Notes under the pieces: generated by a model | What the model saw: the letters and a program-made list of their open reading frames with translations, nothing else | Told to the model about the DNA's origin: nothing | Databases searched by the model: none | Assembly (NCBI RefSeq): GCF_000143415.4 | Contig: NW_003314270.1 | Span: forward strand, 2,570,191-2,634,190 | Length of the DNA stretch: 64,000 nt | DNA from: Selaginella moellendorffii | Lineage: Eukaryota > Plantae > Lycopodiophyta | Reading direction: 5' to 3' | Made by a program: the position numbers and the translations under genes | Part shown: piece after piece, positions 1-13,198 of the stretch | Position numbering within the stretch: position 1 is the first letter of the stretch | Layout: each line of letters begins with the position of its first letter

Positions 1-1859
1 CTGTGAATAAAGAGAAACAAGCTTGCTTCTACTGCATCAGCTCGCCAGGTACGTACCATTTTCAGTGATATAGATTATTGGATTGCGGTACTTATCCTTG
101 ATGTAATTCATCAGCCTCCTGATCCCGTACGGTACGACGTAGAAGCCATTGATATTCCTCCCGATCAACACGCCCTTCTTCTTGTCTGCGAGAAGACGAA
201 CGAGAGAGCTGGAATGAGAGGAATCCATTTCTAGGCCCACCTAGGAACGCAAAGTCGACGTCCTTGTAGTAAGCCGGGTGGTAGATGGCTTGGCGCTGAT
301 TGAGGAGGTTTCCCTGGACAAAGGTACGGTTTGGATTGTCTTTCACGTAGAGGCTGAAGTAGTGATTGATGCCAATGAAATCAGAGGTGCCTTGGAGCCA
401 TTTCTTCTCCTCGGCTGTGAATTTTGGGAGCCTGCTTCCAACGTTTGCGACCAACGCTGGTGGATACTCCCCATACGTGACGGGATGGAGCATCCTGGAC
501 GCGAACAGAGTAAAGTTTTTTCGTAAGTTTATAGAGATCAGGGTTCTTACCATCCGAGATTGAACTGCCGAGCTCTTTCGGCGGCAGCTTTGTCTTGCTT
601 GGAGTTTGAAACAGGTTCGTACCACAATGTGTCGAGCGTGAGACCGATCGTCCCTTTCTGACTAGCCTGCGATTGTTTTCGTCAAGTTGAGGTAATCTTT
701 TAAGACTTTTTAATTTTTCTGGTGTACCTTGTATCTTTTGGTGTAGATCTCGATCGCTTTCGCATGGGCGAGGAGTAAATGGTGGCCTACGACGTATGGC
801 TCCATGGACGAGTCTCCTCCCGTGCAGTTTCCGATCTCGGGCGAGCATCTTCCCGGCGCAAACACGCCAATGTTGTAGCCAATGACTGCGAAAATGTGGG
901 GCTCGTTGAGCGTGATCCAGTTCTTCACTCTGTCCCCGAATGCTTTGAAGCAAGCCTCCACGAAAACTCCAAAGTCGTCCCTGGCGTGTCATGGTATGTT
1001 TTGCAAGAGCTCATGGTTGGATTTACTAACTTACACAATCTTGGAGCTCAAGAATCCTCCATAGGATTTCTCCAGAGCATAGGGGATGTCCCAGTGGAAG
1101 AGCGTCACGTATGGCTTCAAGCCTGGATCCGCGAGGCAAGCACTTCAAAATACGTGCAAGCGATCGTGCCATGCAAACCTTTGGCAAGGAGTGTATCGAT
1201 GACATCGTTGTAATGACTGATTGCCTTTGGATTAACACTGCCAGTGCCATCTGCAGCACAAGCAAGGAAAACGTGGTAGCTCATCTCGAGCTAGCTAGAC
1301 ATCAAAACAATCTCATACCGGGAAGCATGCGAGGCCAATCAATCGACAGCCTGTACGCATCCGCGCCAAGGCCATCCAGTATCGAGAAGTCCTCCTGCAA
1401 GCATTCTCCGACTTTCAGGTCGATGGATTCAAGCGATAAGATGAAGAGCAGTGAATCAAGCGAAAACTCAACCTTGTAGCGATGATACTGATCAATCGCG
1501 GGATCTGCTGTGCTGCCATCTGCGATCTTGCCTGCACCAAGAAAACAACTGTGACTTTTCCCGCGAGGAATTTGGCAGATTGTACCAGGGATCTGTGAAT
1601 AAACGTCCCAGTTGCTGGGCTTCCTTCCATCTTCCTTGGTTGCGCCTTCAACCTGGATCAGGCCAGCGCAGCGGCGTTAGTATGGAGCGGAGTGCCGATC
1701 TCTCGCCACCTGATAAGAAGCTGATGCGGCGCCAAACACAAATCCCTTTGGAAAGCTGTATCTGCTCAGCACATCTTGCATGTCCTGGGAGGAATCTGCA
1801 TTGCTGCAAATGCAAAGCCACAGGACCAGAAACAGCACAGCTAGAGGCCTTGGATCCAT
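1..1859 (-). CDS. Glycoside hydrolase family 1 beta-glucosidase, multi-exon, secreted; the 3' end runs off the window start
   Basis: Signal peptide [21 protein letters not shown]; [15 protein letters not shown]; acid/base motif WITLNEP (710-961); DFIGINHY; nucleophile motif YITENG (37-240); short GT-AG introns. Confidence 0.93.
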
Positions 1860-3079
1860 CGGCTCCTCCAGCCGACGCGACTCGAGAGATCTATCACGAA
1901 GGAGGAGATCCCTCGCCTCTGCCTTTTATATTGCTGGTTGATCTGGCCTTGCATTTTGTCAAACACGCATGATCAGTTTGATCAGTTTAGGCAGAGCTAA
2001 GACGTTATTGTGACAGCCTCCTGGCTGTATGTATGCGTTGTAAAGCGAAAGATACAAGAGTGGTTTTACACGTCATAGAAATACAGGATAACTACAGGTT
2101 GTGATGTGTTGCCGTATTTATGTTGTTGAAATGTCTGCTGTCCAAGATCACATTGAAGTCCTGCAACTTTGAAGATAACGTATTTGGATCGTTGTATGTG
2201 ATGCCCTGATCCCTTGTGGTTTCTTTTTCAGTGGTTAGTAATCAAAACTAAAAGTAATGTATGTCTTAATCTTAGATATTTTATTTGTATTTTTATTTTC
2301 CTTTCTTTAGGAAATAAATTTAATCACTCTTTTAATTCTGGGAATAAACTGACACTAAGTACCTCTCCATAATTTTGTCCTTGGCTACAAAGTAAGAAAA
2401 TATGCTTAACAAATGTTAAAGTAGATTTCCAGATAATGGTTTACAGTACGTTTGTTTCTCACTCAAAATGATCTTACAATTTCTTCTCCCCTCTTCTTTC
2501 AGCAAGCATTATTACAAATGGTTTATTAAAACCATGTGGCATATAGTAGGGAGTGTTTTTTCTTTCTTCATAATTCTCTTCACATGATATTAGAGATATA
2601 GCTTAGGACTTTTTTGGCACAAATAGTGCCTTAGACATTAGGACAGGATGGCATCACATTCATTCTCTAGAGAAATGGAGTAATTCTATAGGACAAATTT
2701 TTTTGCTTAGAAATCCATAGTTCTAGTTCATGAGATAGGGATTTTGGCCCGTGGTATCTAGAATGAGAAAGTGCCAATCGAAGAATGACAGCATCAATCA
2801 ATACAACATGTGATTGATGGCTTAGCCTGCAAATCAAGCAAGCAGTATTGCCACACATTCAACTCTGGTGGGGGCATTCTTATGACAAATCCTCTCTAGT
2901 TGAGGCACTTGGACTTGTGTGGTCCAGTTGAAATCATGACCAGCATAGAAAGAAGTATTTTATTAGATTCATAAACAACACTACAAGTTATGTGGTCATA
3001 GCTACTAAAACTTGATTTACATATCAAAGTGCTCCACTCTAATGGAGAGGTGAAGCTCTGCCAACATTTAAAGCTTATA

Positions 3080-3460
3080 AGCATAAAGTATGTCCTTTAA
3101 TTTTGCTACTTACAAATTCAGTGGCAATTCACAATTCCATACACTCCTAAGCTTAATGGGGTAATTAAGCAATTCAATAAGAAAGTGGTGGAGTTGGATA
3201 GGATGACGATAGCCAATGCTAGTCTTCCTCCCAGGTTTTGGGATCATGCTAGCTCAATAGGGTGTTGACAATGGCTGTTCAAGGCAAAACACCTTATGAG
3301 GTTTAGACATGATGGTATTTATGCATGGATATTTTAAGATGGAAGCTGGATGTGAAGTGTATATTTCTAGGCTATAGTGATGAGCATTGGGGATATTGAC
3401 TCCTTTACATAGACTCAAATAAAGAGTTTTTGAGCTGAGACATGATCTTTGATGAGTGTT
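3080..3460 (+). mobile_element. Degenerate Ty1/Copia integrase and SH3 fragment
   Basis: Translates to PYTPKLNGV..FNKKVVE...ASLPPRFWDHA and KLDVKCIFLGYSDEHWGY, with stops. Confidence 0.7.
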
Positions 3461-3749
3461 GAGTTTATTCCCAGTGTCACCATGATCCAGCAGTTCTTTC
3501 TGTAAATTTTCTTCATGGAGAAAGCAAGGTAAGATTTCAACTTGAGTCTTTTAGTCCATGGGATGATGATGATCCTCTTCCTCAGCTTGGCTTGGCTGTG
3601 CCTATGCTCCAGCTGCAGAGAGAGCTTTGACCATCCAGCCAAAGAATATGGCTAGTGGTGTCCAAGTCTGCTCCTCAAGTTATCCATGACAAGTTGTTGG
3701 CTACAATGGAAGTGTCTTCATTTCACCATTGTCTTTTAAAATGTGGTAT

Positions 3750-5300
3750 TGCACTAAAGGAAGATCCATGCTCAACTTTCAACTTGACCTCTTGACATTA
3801 CTTCTTCATGGTACAATCAACACGTCCCACACTTACCCTATTTCTCACTTGGTTCCTAGTTTTTCCTCTGTGCTAGTGGAGTGCTTATTTCTAAGTTGAT
3901 TAAAAACAGAAGAGTACCCTTCTTGTGCTTGTCAATTGCCATGAGTCATCATGGCAATCCTTCTACTCAGCAGCCTTGCCTTTGCCTACAACAATCTCTT
4001 TGTGTTGCATGAGCTTAGGAAAAACCTGCCATTGGGTGCTGTCAGGAATTTTCTTGATGTATCGATGATGAGACTTTATGACATAAGTTGCAAGGACAGC
4101 TTGATCTATGATATTGCCATTTGGATCTAGCAGCCCAACCTTGTACTCACTCATTAGGCTGCTGCTCAACAAATGTAAAATCATGTCTACATCCTTTTGC
4201 TCCCATGATCTCAGTCTAATAGTGAGTGGAATTCTTCTCCACATTCACATGGACACTATAGAGAGTGAACACTGTAAAGAGAGCCCTCCTCCTAAAACTT
4301 CATTTTTCCTCTTGCTACAACTACTGAATTGTCTTGAAATTCACGTGGTTTGTACATCTATAGCTTGCTTTGAAGATAAATGACTGTCATAGGTAGTAAC
4401 TTTTTTGGGACACAAACTTTACAATCCATCCAGAACAACCATCCTATCTTGCTTGCAAAAGCCACATATCTAACCTCTGGATGTGTGATCTTGACACAAT
4501 CACCATGAAACTCCAAGTTGAATCCTTACTTTATCATTTATCCAAGGATATGTTGAGCTTTAATGCTTGACTAGAATTATTGATAGTTGCACTTGAATCA
4601 TGCCTACACCTTCAACCATTAACAAGCTATTATTTGTGAGTCATACACTCCAAAAATAACTCATGATCAAAAGTTGAGTCATTTGTTGCTGCCAATGTGA
4701 CACAAGCTCTTCAGCCAATATCTACTAATTCTGAGGTCTTGATCATGAAAAAGTTTTTGAGTCTGATCCTGACCAGGTTCCTGAGCCAGATCAGGACGAA
4801 GTTTTTGAGCACAGCTTTTCTGAGCTTGAGCACAAGGTTCTTGAACCTGTGCATACTCATGATCAATATTGTCCTGAAGCTTATCGATGAGAGCAAGTTG
4901 AGAGGTGAGCATGAGCAACTGCTAGAGCCTCTTATCATCTCAGCCAAATGACCATTATGCTTCCTTAAGCTAAGAAATCTCCTTATGCTACTGCAGCATG
5001 GGATCAAGCTGTAATTGATGAGATGTGAGCTTATGAAAAAAATGAGCCTTGATACATTCCTGAATTTGTTCATGACAATGCTAATGTTGTTTTGACAAAG
5101 CTTCGTTTCTGAGTGAAAGCTGGACCAACAGGAGAAGTGCAACACTTCAGGCTTGTGGCAAGAGGTTTCACTTCTATACTCCTTTGAGTGCCACAAAAAC
5201 ATCATGAGAGGCTGGGCAATCGTGCTGTTGTAAAGGGCCTCCTTCATAACACCTCTTTTGTATTGGGTCATTTGTAGTTGTCTAAGTGTAATTAGCAAGC
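3750..5300 (-). mobile_element. Probable degraded retroelement (gag/protease-like) remnant with short internal degenerate repeats (~4730-4850)
   Basis: Broken ORFs, CpG depletion and a repeated Q-E-P/Q-K-L peptide; no diagnostic motif recognised. Confidence 0.3.
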
Positions 5301-6023
5301 TTATCTATGGGTCTTATCTATGGGTCATCTTATTAGCAGCAGGATCACCCAGCCCTTAGCCCCAATAGTCAGAATCTAAAAGGTTTCTATTATCATACAA
5401 GAAAATAAAAAGGAATTACTTTTTATATTTTTACATTTTATTTTACAGTGGTTCAGTTTTGGTTTTATAAATTTTTTCAAGGAAACAAAAGATCTCAATA
5501 ATAACATATATAAGAGAAAATGTTATCTAAATATCATTTATTATTTCTTACAGGTTGATTCTATAAAAAAATTTCATATTGAGTAGATTCCCTTTACATT
5601 TTTTCTATTTAAAATATTACTCCCATATTATTTATTTATTAGTTTCTTATTGTTAAACAGGGTTTGGTGTAAACAGGATTTATATCAGTTTTAAGCACTA
5701 CTGTACACTAACACTAACCTTAAACACTAATTTTAGATAAATATAAGCTAAGATAAGTATAAGATTATTATGGTTATTATAATTTATTTGTAATCCACGA
5801 TATTAATTTAGTCAGGCCAAACTCCTTGTACTCCACAAAGACAAAGGAAGAGTAGAGCTATTCTTCGAAATGAGTGTACTTTCGAAACATGCTGTTCTGG
5901 GTATCGAAATAAAAGAAAAAGAAAATTACCTCCACGAGAAATTTTGTGTCTCACATGGTCAGTTAGGATCAAACAATCACTTGATCTGATTTCTTATAAG
6001 AACAAGGGTATTGATAGTATTTC

Positions 6024-8447
6024 CTAGCGATTAAGGAGTGCTTTCTTGGTGGTGGGCGTGACAAACCTGAGCAGATCACTAGAACTTAAAAGCTTGCTCA
6101 TGTGCTCCCTACGCATTTGCACGTAAATCTCCCGGTTCTTGCCGCCCAGCACAGAGGGGAGAATAAACACCAGATCTCCAAACATGGCATTGATGCAAAA
6201 CGAGAAGTAGGCTGGCCTCCCCCACCCAAAGTCAATGTCGTACACCGGGAAGATGTGAAGGCTGGTGCAATTCACGTCCTTCCCACCATACGTGTCGAGG
6301 TTATATGTCACACCCATCCCCTTGCGCTGCTCAATCTCCATCCAGTCAACGCACGACTTCACCGTCTCTGTTGACATGCCCAGTATATCCTGTGGATAAG
6401 CCGTGCTGCGTATGACATGTGCCTGGCTCGAATGTGGCCTGCATTGGCCGGCAGTGACGGTGCGTGTACAGCGTTGCCAAAGAAGCCCATCGGGAGGGTT
6501 GGCTGCCACCTTTTGCCCCCGCGCAGTGACATGGTGTAAGCGAATTTGGTGGTGTCGACATCAATAAGCTCTCGAGCCTCGGTCATGGACTTCCAGAAGA
6601 GGGCCGCCACGGCCTCAAATGACGTGGCAGTGCCGTAGCCGTCGGGGCCACTCTCGATCTCACGGGCCAGCTCCTCAGCCTTGTCGGACGTCAGGATGAG
6701 CACCTGTTGACAGTATGAGGTGGGTGCTGCCATTGATGTATCAGCCATGTAGCTCTCCACGGCCTCTGGTGGCACTGCCACGTAGTCCCTGACCGGCACG
6801 TTGACCACTGGCGGCTCCCGCGGCATGAGGAGCTCGGGCTTGAAGACGGGCACCGTTGACATTGGCAGCCCACGGTTGACCTCGGCCCACGACTTTTGAA
6901 AGAAAAGGCCTGAATATCCGTCCAGGACAAGCTCCGTACAGGTTTGACCCACGGCGATGCCACCGCAAGCAAACCGTGTCACCTGAGAGAAGAAAAAAAA
7001 ATACAAAGGGCTTCAGATTTGAGAAGAATTCTCAACTTGCCTGCATATGGAAGAATGGCGCCTCTGGAATATTTTCAATCAGCCACTCAGGCGCATTCAG
7101 CTCCTCCTCGATGGAGTCCTCCCACTCGTCCAGCCTCGCTAGAGTGTGCGCAACTCTCAGCGTGATCCCGGCATCATTACAATTCACTGCCTTCTCCCCG
7201 CACTCGTTCTCCTGGAGTCTCCCGGCAAACACGTAGTGATCCACCAGAACCTTGGACAGGGAATCCTTGATCTTGGAGACCATATGATTGAAGCTGTCAA
7301 TACTGGAACTGGTTTTGTAGAAGTGCACAGACTTCAGGTACGAGTTCTTGAAGAGCATCTTGTCCAAGTTAGTGAGGGATACCCAGCATGGCTGCTTTGT
7401 GGGGATTGCAGGGACGATGGTATCAATGGAATCCAAAATAACAACTTTGCCGCCTTTCTTTCTTGTGCTACTAGTCGCAAATAAAGTCGCATTCTTGAGC
7501 AGCCTTTCCATTTGCTCCTGGGACATTTGCACCTCCATAGCCGTTCCCTCTTCTTCTTCCCTGGGAAGAATGAATACCATTCCATCTCCAATCCACGGAG
7601 AATAGTGAACCGGCTTTCCCCACCCGAAATCAGTCTCATAGGCAGGAATGCTGACACAAGTAACATCTTTTCCACAGTGCTTGACCTCGCTGACATGCTT
7701 GTTGGTGGCATCCTTGTTGGTCATGCACTGTAAAATCAATGCCGATGTGGCCTCGAGAGGCGTACCACCAATCTCACGGACCAGGTCGTCCACTTTGCAA
7801 GGATTGATCACCAAAACCTCTCGCTTGACAGGATTGCCAATGGTTGCACTGGCCGCTTTGGCCAACTTCACTAAACCACTCGACGTCGCCTCTAAATCAC
7901 CACCACTCTCCGGCGTTGACATGGTCGTACCACGATTGACTTCGGCCCACCACTTTGGAAACTGGAGTGCTGAGGATGCCAACCCATCCAAGACGGCAAA
8001 TCCAATTGCAATTCCACCACAGCTAAATCGTGTCACCTACAAATGTAACTCCAATCAAATCGATGTGGTATAATTGTAAGATCTATTTACCTGGATCCGG
8101 CACACTGGTGATCCGTCAGAGCACTCATCAATCTTGCAAAGCTCGTCTCGGATGGAGCAGCGATCCATGCTCTCCCAATCGTCAAACCTTGCAATGGCGT
8201 GAGCGATGGTCAACACCACCTGTGCTTTTGCCAGGAAAGAGTACTCTTCTACACTTAGAGCGCTCGCAAGGGACTGCTTGAGCTCTTCCACGACGAGAGC
8301 AAAGGGACTCTTACAGCTGGGTTTAAAGTAGTAGACATCCTTGACATAGAAGAAGCTCTTGTGATTGGAAAGAGCTGCCCAAGATTGTTGCCTCCCTGCT
8401 GTTGCTGGAGAAACAGTTGAAACAGAAGTTAGAGTTACAGCAGCCAT
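6024..8447 (-). pseudogene. BAHD acyltransferase-like locus: a shortened BAHD domain fused in frame to a full-length BAHD domain, with a 1-bp frameshift near 6390 (pseudogene or sequencing error)
   Basis: Two Q|VTRF.CGG.A.G segments, each split by the conserved BAHD Q-intron (8037-8090 GT-AG; 6983-7040 GC-AG); two DFGWG motifs; FAGRL...NCNDAG; the frame switches at LIH|DILGMS. Confidence 0.85.
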
Positions 8448-8922
8448 ACTTCACGAGCTGAATTGGCCAGGATAGCTTTGTGCAATATATTGGCCTCCCA
8501 TGAGGAGCATCAACGTTGTGCGTGTGTCTCGTGGGGATGGCAGTGTCTCGCGGGCGTGTGTCTTGTGGGGTTTAGAAAAGTTTATGATTGTTAAAGTCAA
8601 TGCATACTTGTTCATCCTTATAAAACGCACACCAGGACACTAGTGTGATGTTGCAATTTCATTCATTCATTCATTCCTTATTTACAGGGTCTTGTGGTGC
8701 CCACCAAAAAGCATGAGACTGATGGATTATAATAAGCAGTTTGCGCTTGTGCTCGCTCACCAGTTAGAGATCCATGGCATTGATTCAGGGTGGCGCTGGT
8801 GCTGGTGCCGTGAGAGGTGAAGAAATGCCAGCATCTCTTGCTTAGATCTGCAAATCTATTGTACAGACAAGCTGTAAGTTAAGAAAAAGTATAAGGAAAT
8901 CTACTATATCGGCACAAGTGGA

Positions 8923-9022
8923 NNNNNNNNNNNNNNNNNNNNNNNNNNNNNNNNNNNNNNNNNNNNNNNNNNNNNNNNNNNNNNNNNNNNNNNNNNNNNN
9001 NNNNNNNNNNNNNNNNNNNNNN
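8923..9022. other. Assembly gap (100 N)
   Basis: Run of N. Confidence 1.
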
Positions 9023-9168
9023 ACAAATTTTAAATTAAGAAAAAGGAGGACTCCATCTTTTTGATTGGCTCTAGGGGTCTGTATATTTATGATAATATCT
9101 TGATTTATGGATACCCACGAAGAATTACACACACTCAGGTACCCACATACAATGACACGTAGACATAT

Positions 9169-9170
<2 letters not shown>

Positions 9171-9234
<64 letters not shown>
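9171..9234. repeat. (AT)n microsatellite, about 32 units
   Basis: Seen directly. Confidence 0.98.
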
Positions 9235-9236
<2 letters not shown>

Positions 9237-9675
9237 TGAAATGAAAGTCATATCAATGTCAAATACCATTATTGTATATTGTCATTCTTGCTTCCCTATC
9301 TCTATCTTTCAACATATTGTAAATAATTGTATGATAGGTCATTAGGTGCTTAATTCAAGGCATTAAAGTCTTCTCTTGAGCTCATGCATACCATCTTTAT
9401 TATCTCCAAATCCATCAAAACAATCTTTATTGTCTAATCTAGAGACAATATCATCTATATGGTGTATGTACCAATACCAGAAACAACTTATTGTTCACAA
9501 CTTTGAGTTCAAGAGGGTATAAATCAGCACCACACTGTCGATCAATTCATTAGTGCTGAATTCATCCAGTCCTTCTTCGCTTGCATGTGAGTCTTGGGTG
9601 GAAGCTTCAACCTGGATCAAATTACTGAGCAAAGCACAATTGTTTCACGGACATAGTTAATGACAAACCAAACAA

Positions 9676-11109
9676 TCAAAAGAATGCTCCAAACCTCTGG
9701 CCTGGGCTTGCACCAGTGCTGCTTCTGTTGCTACCGCAACTGGTAAATTTTGTCACCAGCATGTTGCCCAAGAACCTCTCCATCACACCGCTGGGCATGC
9801 AGAGCGCCACCTTTCGCTCGCGCCCTCCTTTAGCAGTGGGCAGGACGAAAGCAGTGCCGTCTCCAAACCATACCTCGGGGACAAGCGTGTAGTGAACCTG
9901 TTGCCCCCAACCAAAATCGGTCTTGAAGATGGGAAACGTGTGCATGGTGGTGCAGTTCACATCTCTGCCGGCATAGTAGTCCACGTTAAACGCAAACTCA
10001 AGGCCTTTCCGGCGCTGGATTTCCATCCAGTCGACAGCTGATTGGATGTATTCGCCACTGATCTTGGCAATGTCGTTGTGGATGAGCTTTGCGGCGAACG
10101 AGATGTGGTGGGACTTGATATCGCCGGCCCTGGCCGGGAGGGTCGCCAAGTGGATGGCATTTCCAAAGTAGCTCATCGGGACCGGAGGGTCCTTAAATCG
10201 CTTGTTGCCCCTGCAAGACACCGGGTACATGTACCGCGTGGTGGCATCGTTGGGCAGCTCGCGAGCCTCGGTGATGGACTTCCAGATGAGAGCCGAGAGA
10301 GCCACGAAGCTGCTGGCCCGGCCGAAGCCAAACGGGCCAGCCTCGACCTCGTGGACGAGCGCGTCCATGCCCGATGAGCTGACGGTGATGATCTTCTTGC
10401 GATAAGTGGAAGCCGCGTCGACGATCTGGTAGCCGAGCTTCTCGGCGGCGACATAGTCCCGCATTGGAACGGTCACCCTTGGTGGGTTGCGGGCTTGGAA
10501 CAGCTCGGCATGGAACAGCGGTGGGGTGATTGGCAATCCCCGGTGTATCCGCGACCAGGCATGGAAGAATTCGGACACGGAGTAGCCGTCTGCTACAGTC
10601 TCACACAACGCACCGCCTAGAGCAATGCCACCACAGCCAAAACGTGTAATCTACATATAAACATCGATCAGAGTAGTTCTTCCTATACTTCACACCTGGA
10701 TTTGCAGCGTGGGCGAGTTGGCGCAAAACCTGTCCTGGGTGTTGAGTTGCTGCTCGATGGAGCAATCGTCCAAGCTCTGCCAGTCATCAAACCTGGCATC
10801 GGTGGAGGCCACCCGGAGCGGAATGCCCGCGTCGTTGCAGTTGACTTTGGGGGAGCCATCGGTACCAGCTTGAACTCTCCCTGCAAACACAAAGTAGTGA
10901 GTGAGGGTGAGCGCTAGGGAGCGCTTGAGCTTGGCAACGGTGGCTTCAAATGGTTGTGGAGCTTGTGGTGGCATGTAGTAGTGCACGAAACTGGAATAGA
11001 ACGAGGAGCTTGCTAGGAGATCGACGTTCGAAAGGGATTTCCAGCAGGGCTGTGGAGTTGGAGTTGCGGGTGTGACATTGTGAATGCGGATTAGGGAAAC
11101 GGAGGCCAT
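9676..11109 (-). CDS. BAHD acyltransferase family protein, two exons (11109-10696, 10650-9676); catalytic motif reads ExxxD
   Basis: FAGRV...VNCNDAG, LQIQ|ITRFGCGGIALGGALCETVADG, YFGN, DFGWG; 45-bp GT-AG Q-intron at 10651-10695. Confidence 0.92.
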
Positions 11110-11356
11110 TGCAGCTCATGGGAAAAACTTGGTCTCGCTTGGAGATTAATAGCATTGAACTTCCCACGAGATGCATGCCGCCGTTGGTTACTGTAGTGCA
11201 TTCACGTAATTCAGGTTTTTAGACTCGCTCAATTTCACATTGCCAACGTTACTGGTTTGTAATCCAGGTTGGAGAGTCAATCTGTGAATGGAAGCAAGGA
11301 TCAGAAGGTGAATTGAAGCAACAAGTTGACTGGTCAATTTAACTGTTAAGGATACC

Positions 11357-11651
11357 GAGGAGATCCTCGCGCCATCGCCGGATCACACGAGTTCTAGCAG
11401 CAGTACTAGCACTTCCATGGCGGAATCTTCTTCGTGTAGCACAAGCACCACCGCGGCCAATTCTTCTTCTTCCTTGGAAGAGGAGCATCGCGTCTAACGA
11501 GATCATTCCACAAAATTTTAAAGAGAAATATTCTTGTTTGGAATTCGTTTCCCGAAAAAAAAAGTGGCCTTTTTTTTAATAGCTTTGATGTTTTAGTGCT
11601 GTGAGCCAAAGAATCTTGTTAGAGTCAATCGCAAAATCAAATCGCCCATCC
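11357..11651 (+). repeat. Direct duplicate of the 3' coding end and 3' flank of the C2 gene (13058-13379)
   Basis: Near-identical sequence GAGGAGATCCTCGCGCCATCGCCGGATCACACGAG...AAATCGCCCATCC in both places. Confidence 0.95.
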
Positions 11652-11948
11652 GCACACTATCTTCTGTCGAAAATTCTGTGAATATACCTTTTCGTATATG
11701 TTGCGTGTACACTTTTCCCTTCGTCGATTAGATTGTATTGTGAAATGGTTAAATTTTGAGATATAAACATACATTACAGCATAACTTTTGTGAACATTCT
11801 AGCCATACAATTGAAAGGGTCTGAGATATGTTATCGCATAATTGACTCCTTTAGCCACTTATAGTCAATCAAAATAATTCTTTATATTTATTTTGCAGCC
11901 ACATGTATTGAGTGGTTTGTTTGTTTCAATAGCGCGTAATGACATGTG

Positions 11949-12063
11949 GCCTCCCGTTAAACACCATCCTGATTCATTCTCTCTCCGCTTACCTGGCGAT
12001 GACGTCAGGTCATCGCCAGGTAAGCGGAGAGAGAATGAATCAGGATGGTGTTTAACGGGAGGC
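11949..12063. repeat. Perfect inverted repeat (55-bp arms, 5-nt loop); candidate hairpin-RNA/MIRNA locus or fold-back element
   Basis: 11949-12003 is the exact reverse complement of 12009-12063; loop GTCAG. Confidence 0.95.
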
Positions 12064-12409
12064 GATACTGGAGACAATTTTATTCCCGCCGCTAGATTAT
12101 AGACTATCCAATGGCTACAGATACTCTTTAAAAGCATCGCACATATTTGTGACTGATCCAGTCCAGATCCTTTTCTCTTTTTTCTCTCGTTGCTTTTGCC
12201 TTTGGATGAATCGGTCGATGATCAATTCCGCTGCGATGGTTGTTGCGAGTGTCTGATCGCCGCCTGCAGAAGCTCTGATCTCGCAGTACCAAATTCGCTC
12301 CGGAGTCGTCGTTTCCTTTCCTCGTAGCATTCATTCTCCAACGTCCCAAAAAGGCGGCATTCCCTTGGACGTTTTGCAAGGGCTCTCTCTCTTTTCCACT
12401 CCGATCATC

Positions 12410-13198
12410 ATGAAGCTCATCGCAAAGAGCTCGTCGAGTCTCTCCATCTCCAGCTCCAAGGATCGGGTCTCCCCAGGCAAGGAAAAGCAGCAGAAGAGCA
12501 ACAACAGGAAATCCAAGCAGCCCAGGACGAGGGCGATCGAGTTCTGCATCATCTCCGCGCAGGATCTCAAGAGCGCCACGAAATTCGGCCGGATGCGCAG
12601 CTACGCGGTGGCGTCCATCTATCCCGATCGCAAGGTGAGCACCCGGATCGACTGCGAGGGCGGCACCAATCCCACCTGGGACGCCAAGCTCGTGCTCGAG
12701 GTGGACGAGCGCGTGTTGGTGGGCGACGAGGACGACACCCACACGCAGCTCACCATCGACATTTTCAGCCGTGGATCCCTCCGCGACAAGCTGGTGGGGA
12801 CGGTCAGGATCCTGGTGTGCGACGCCGTGAGGGGGGAGAGGAATATGCGCAGCATCGTGAATAGATTCCCGGTGGCCTCCTATCTCGTCTTCCGGCCCGG
12901 GGGGTGCCCGCAGGGGATTCTCAACGTGTGCATCCCCCCCGGCGGGAGATTCCCGGAGAGATTCGACTCCATATCCTTCAAGCGCGGCGAAGATCTTCGC
13001 GTCATGGCTTCTTCGCTCAAGCCGGAGGAGATCCTCTCGCCACCGCCGGATCACACGGAGGAGATCCTCGCGCCATCGCCGGATCACACGAGTTCTAGCA
13101 GCAGTACTAGCACTTCCATGGCGGAATCTTCTTCGTGTAGCACGAGCACCACCGCGGGCAGTTCTTCTTCTTCCTTGGGAGAGGAGCATCACGTCTAA
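12410..13198 (+). CDS. C2-domain (SRC2/BAP-like) protein, intronless, with a Ser-rich tail
   Basis: IEFCIISAQDLK...YAVASI...STRIDCEGGTNPTW...RDKLVGTVRI; 33-bp tandem repeat EEILxPxPDHT at 13025-13090. Confidence 0.88.
   Translation: MKLIAKSSSSLSISSSKDRVSPGKEKQQKSNNRKSKQPRTRAIEFCIISAQDLKSATKFGRMRSYAVASIYPDRKVSTRIDCEGGTNPTWDAKLVLEVDERVLVGDEDDTHTQLTIDIFSRGSLRDKLVGTVRILVCDAVRGERNMRSIVNRFPVASYLVFRPGGCPQGILNVCIPPGGRFPERFDSISFKRGEDLRVMASSLKPEEILSPPPDHTEEILAPSPDHTSSSSSTSTSMAESSSCSTSTTAGSSSSSLGEEHHV

Noticed and set aside
8842-9132. ORF spanning the N run
   Set aside because: An artefact of the assembly gap.
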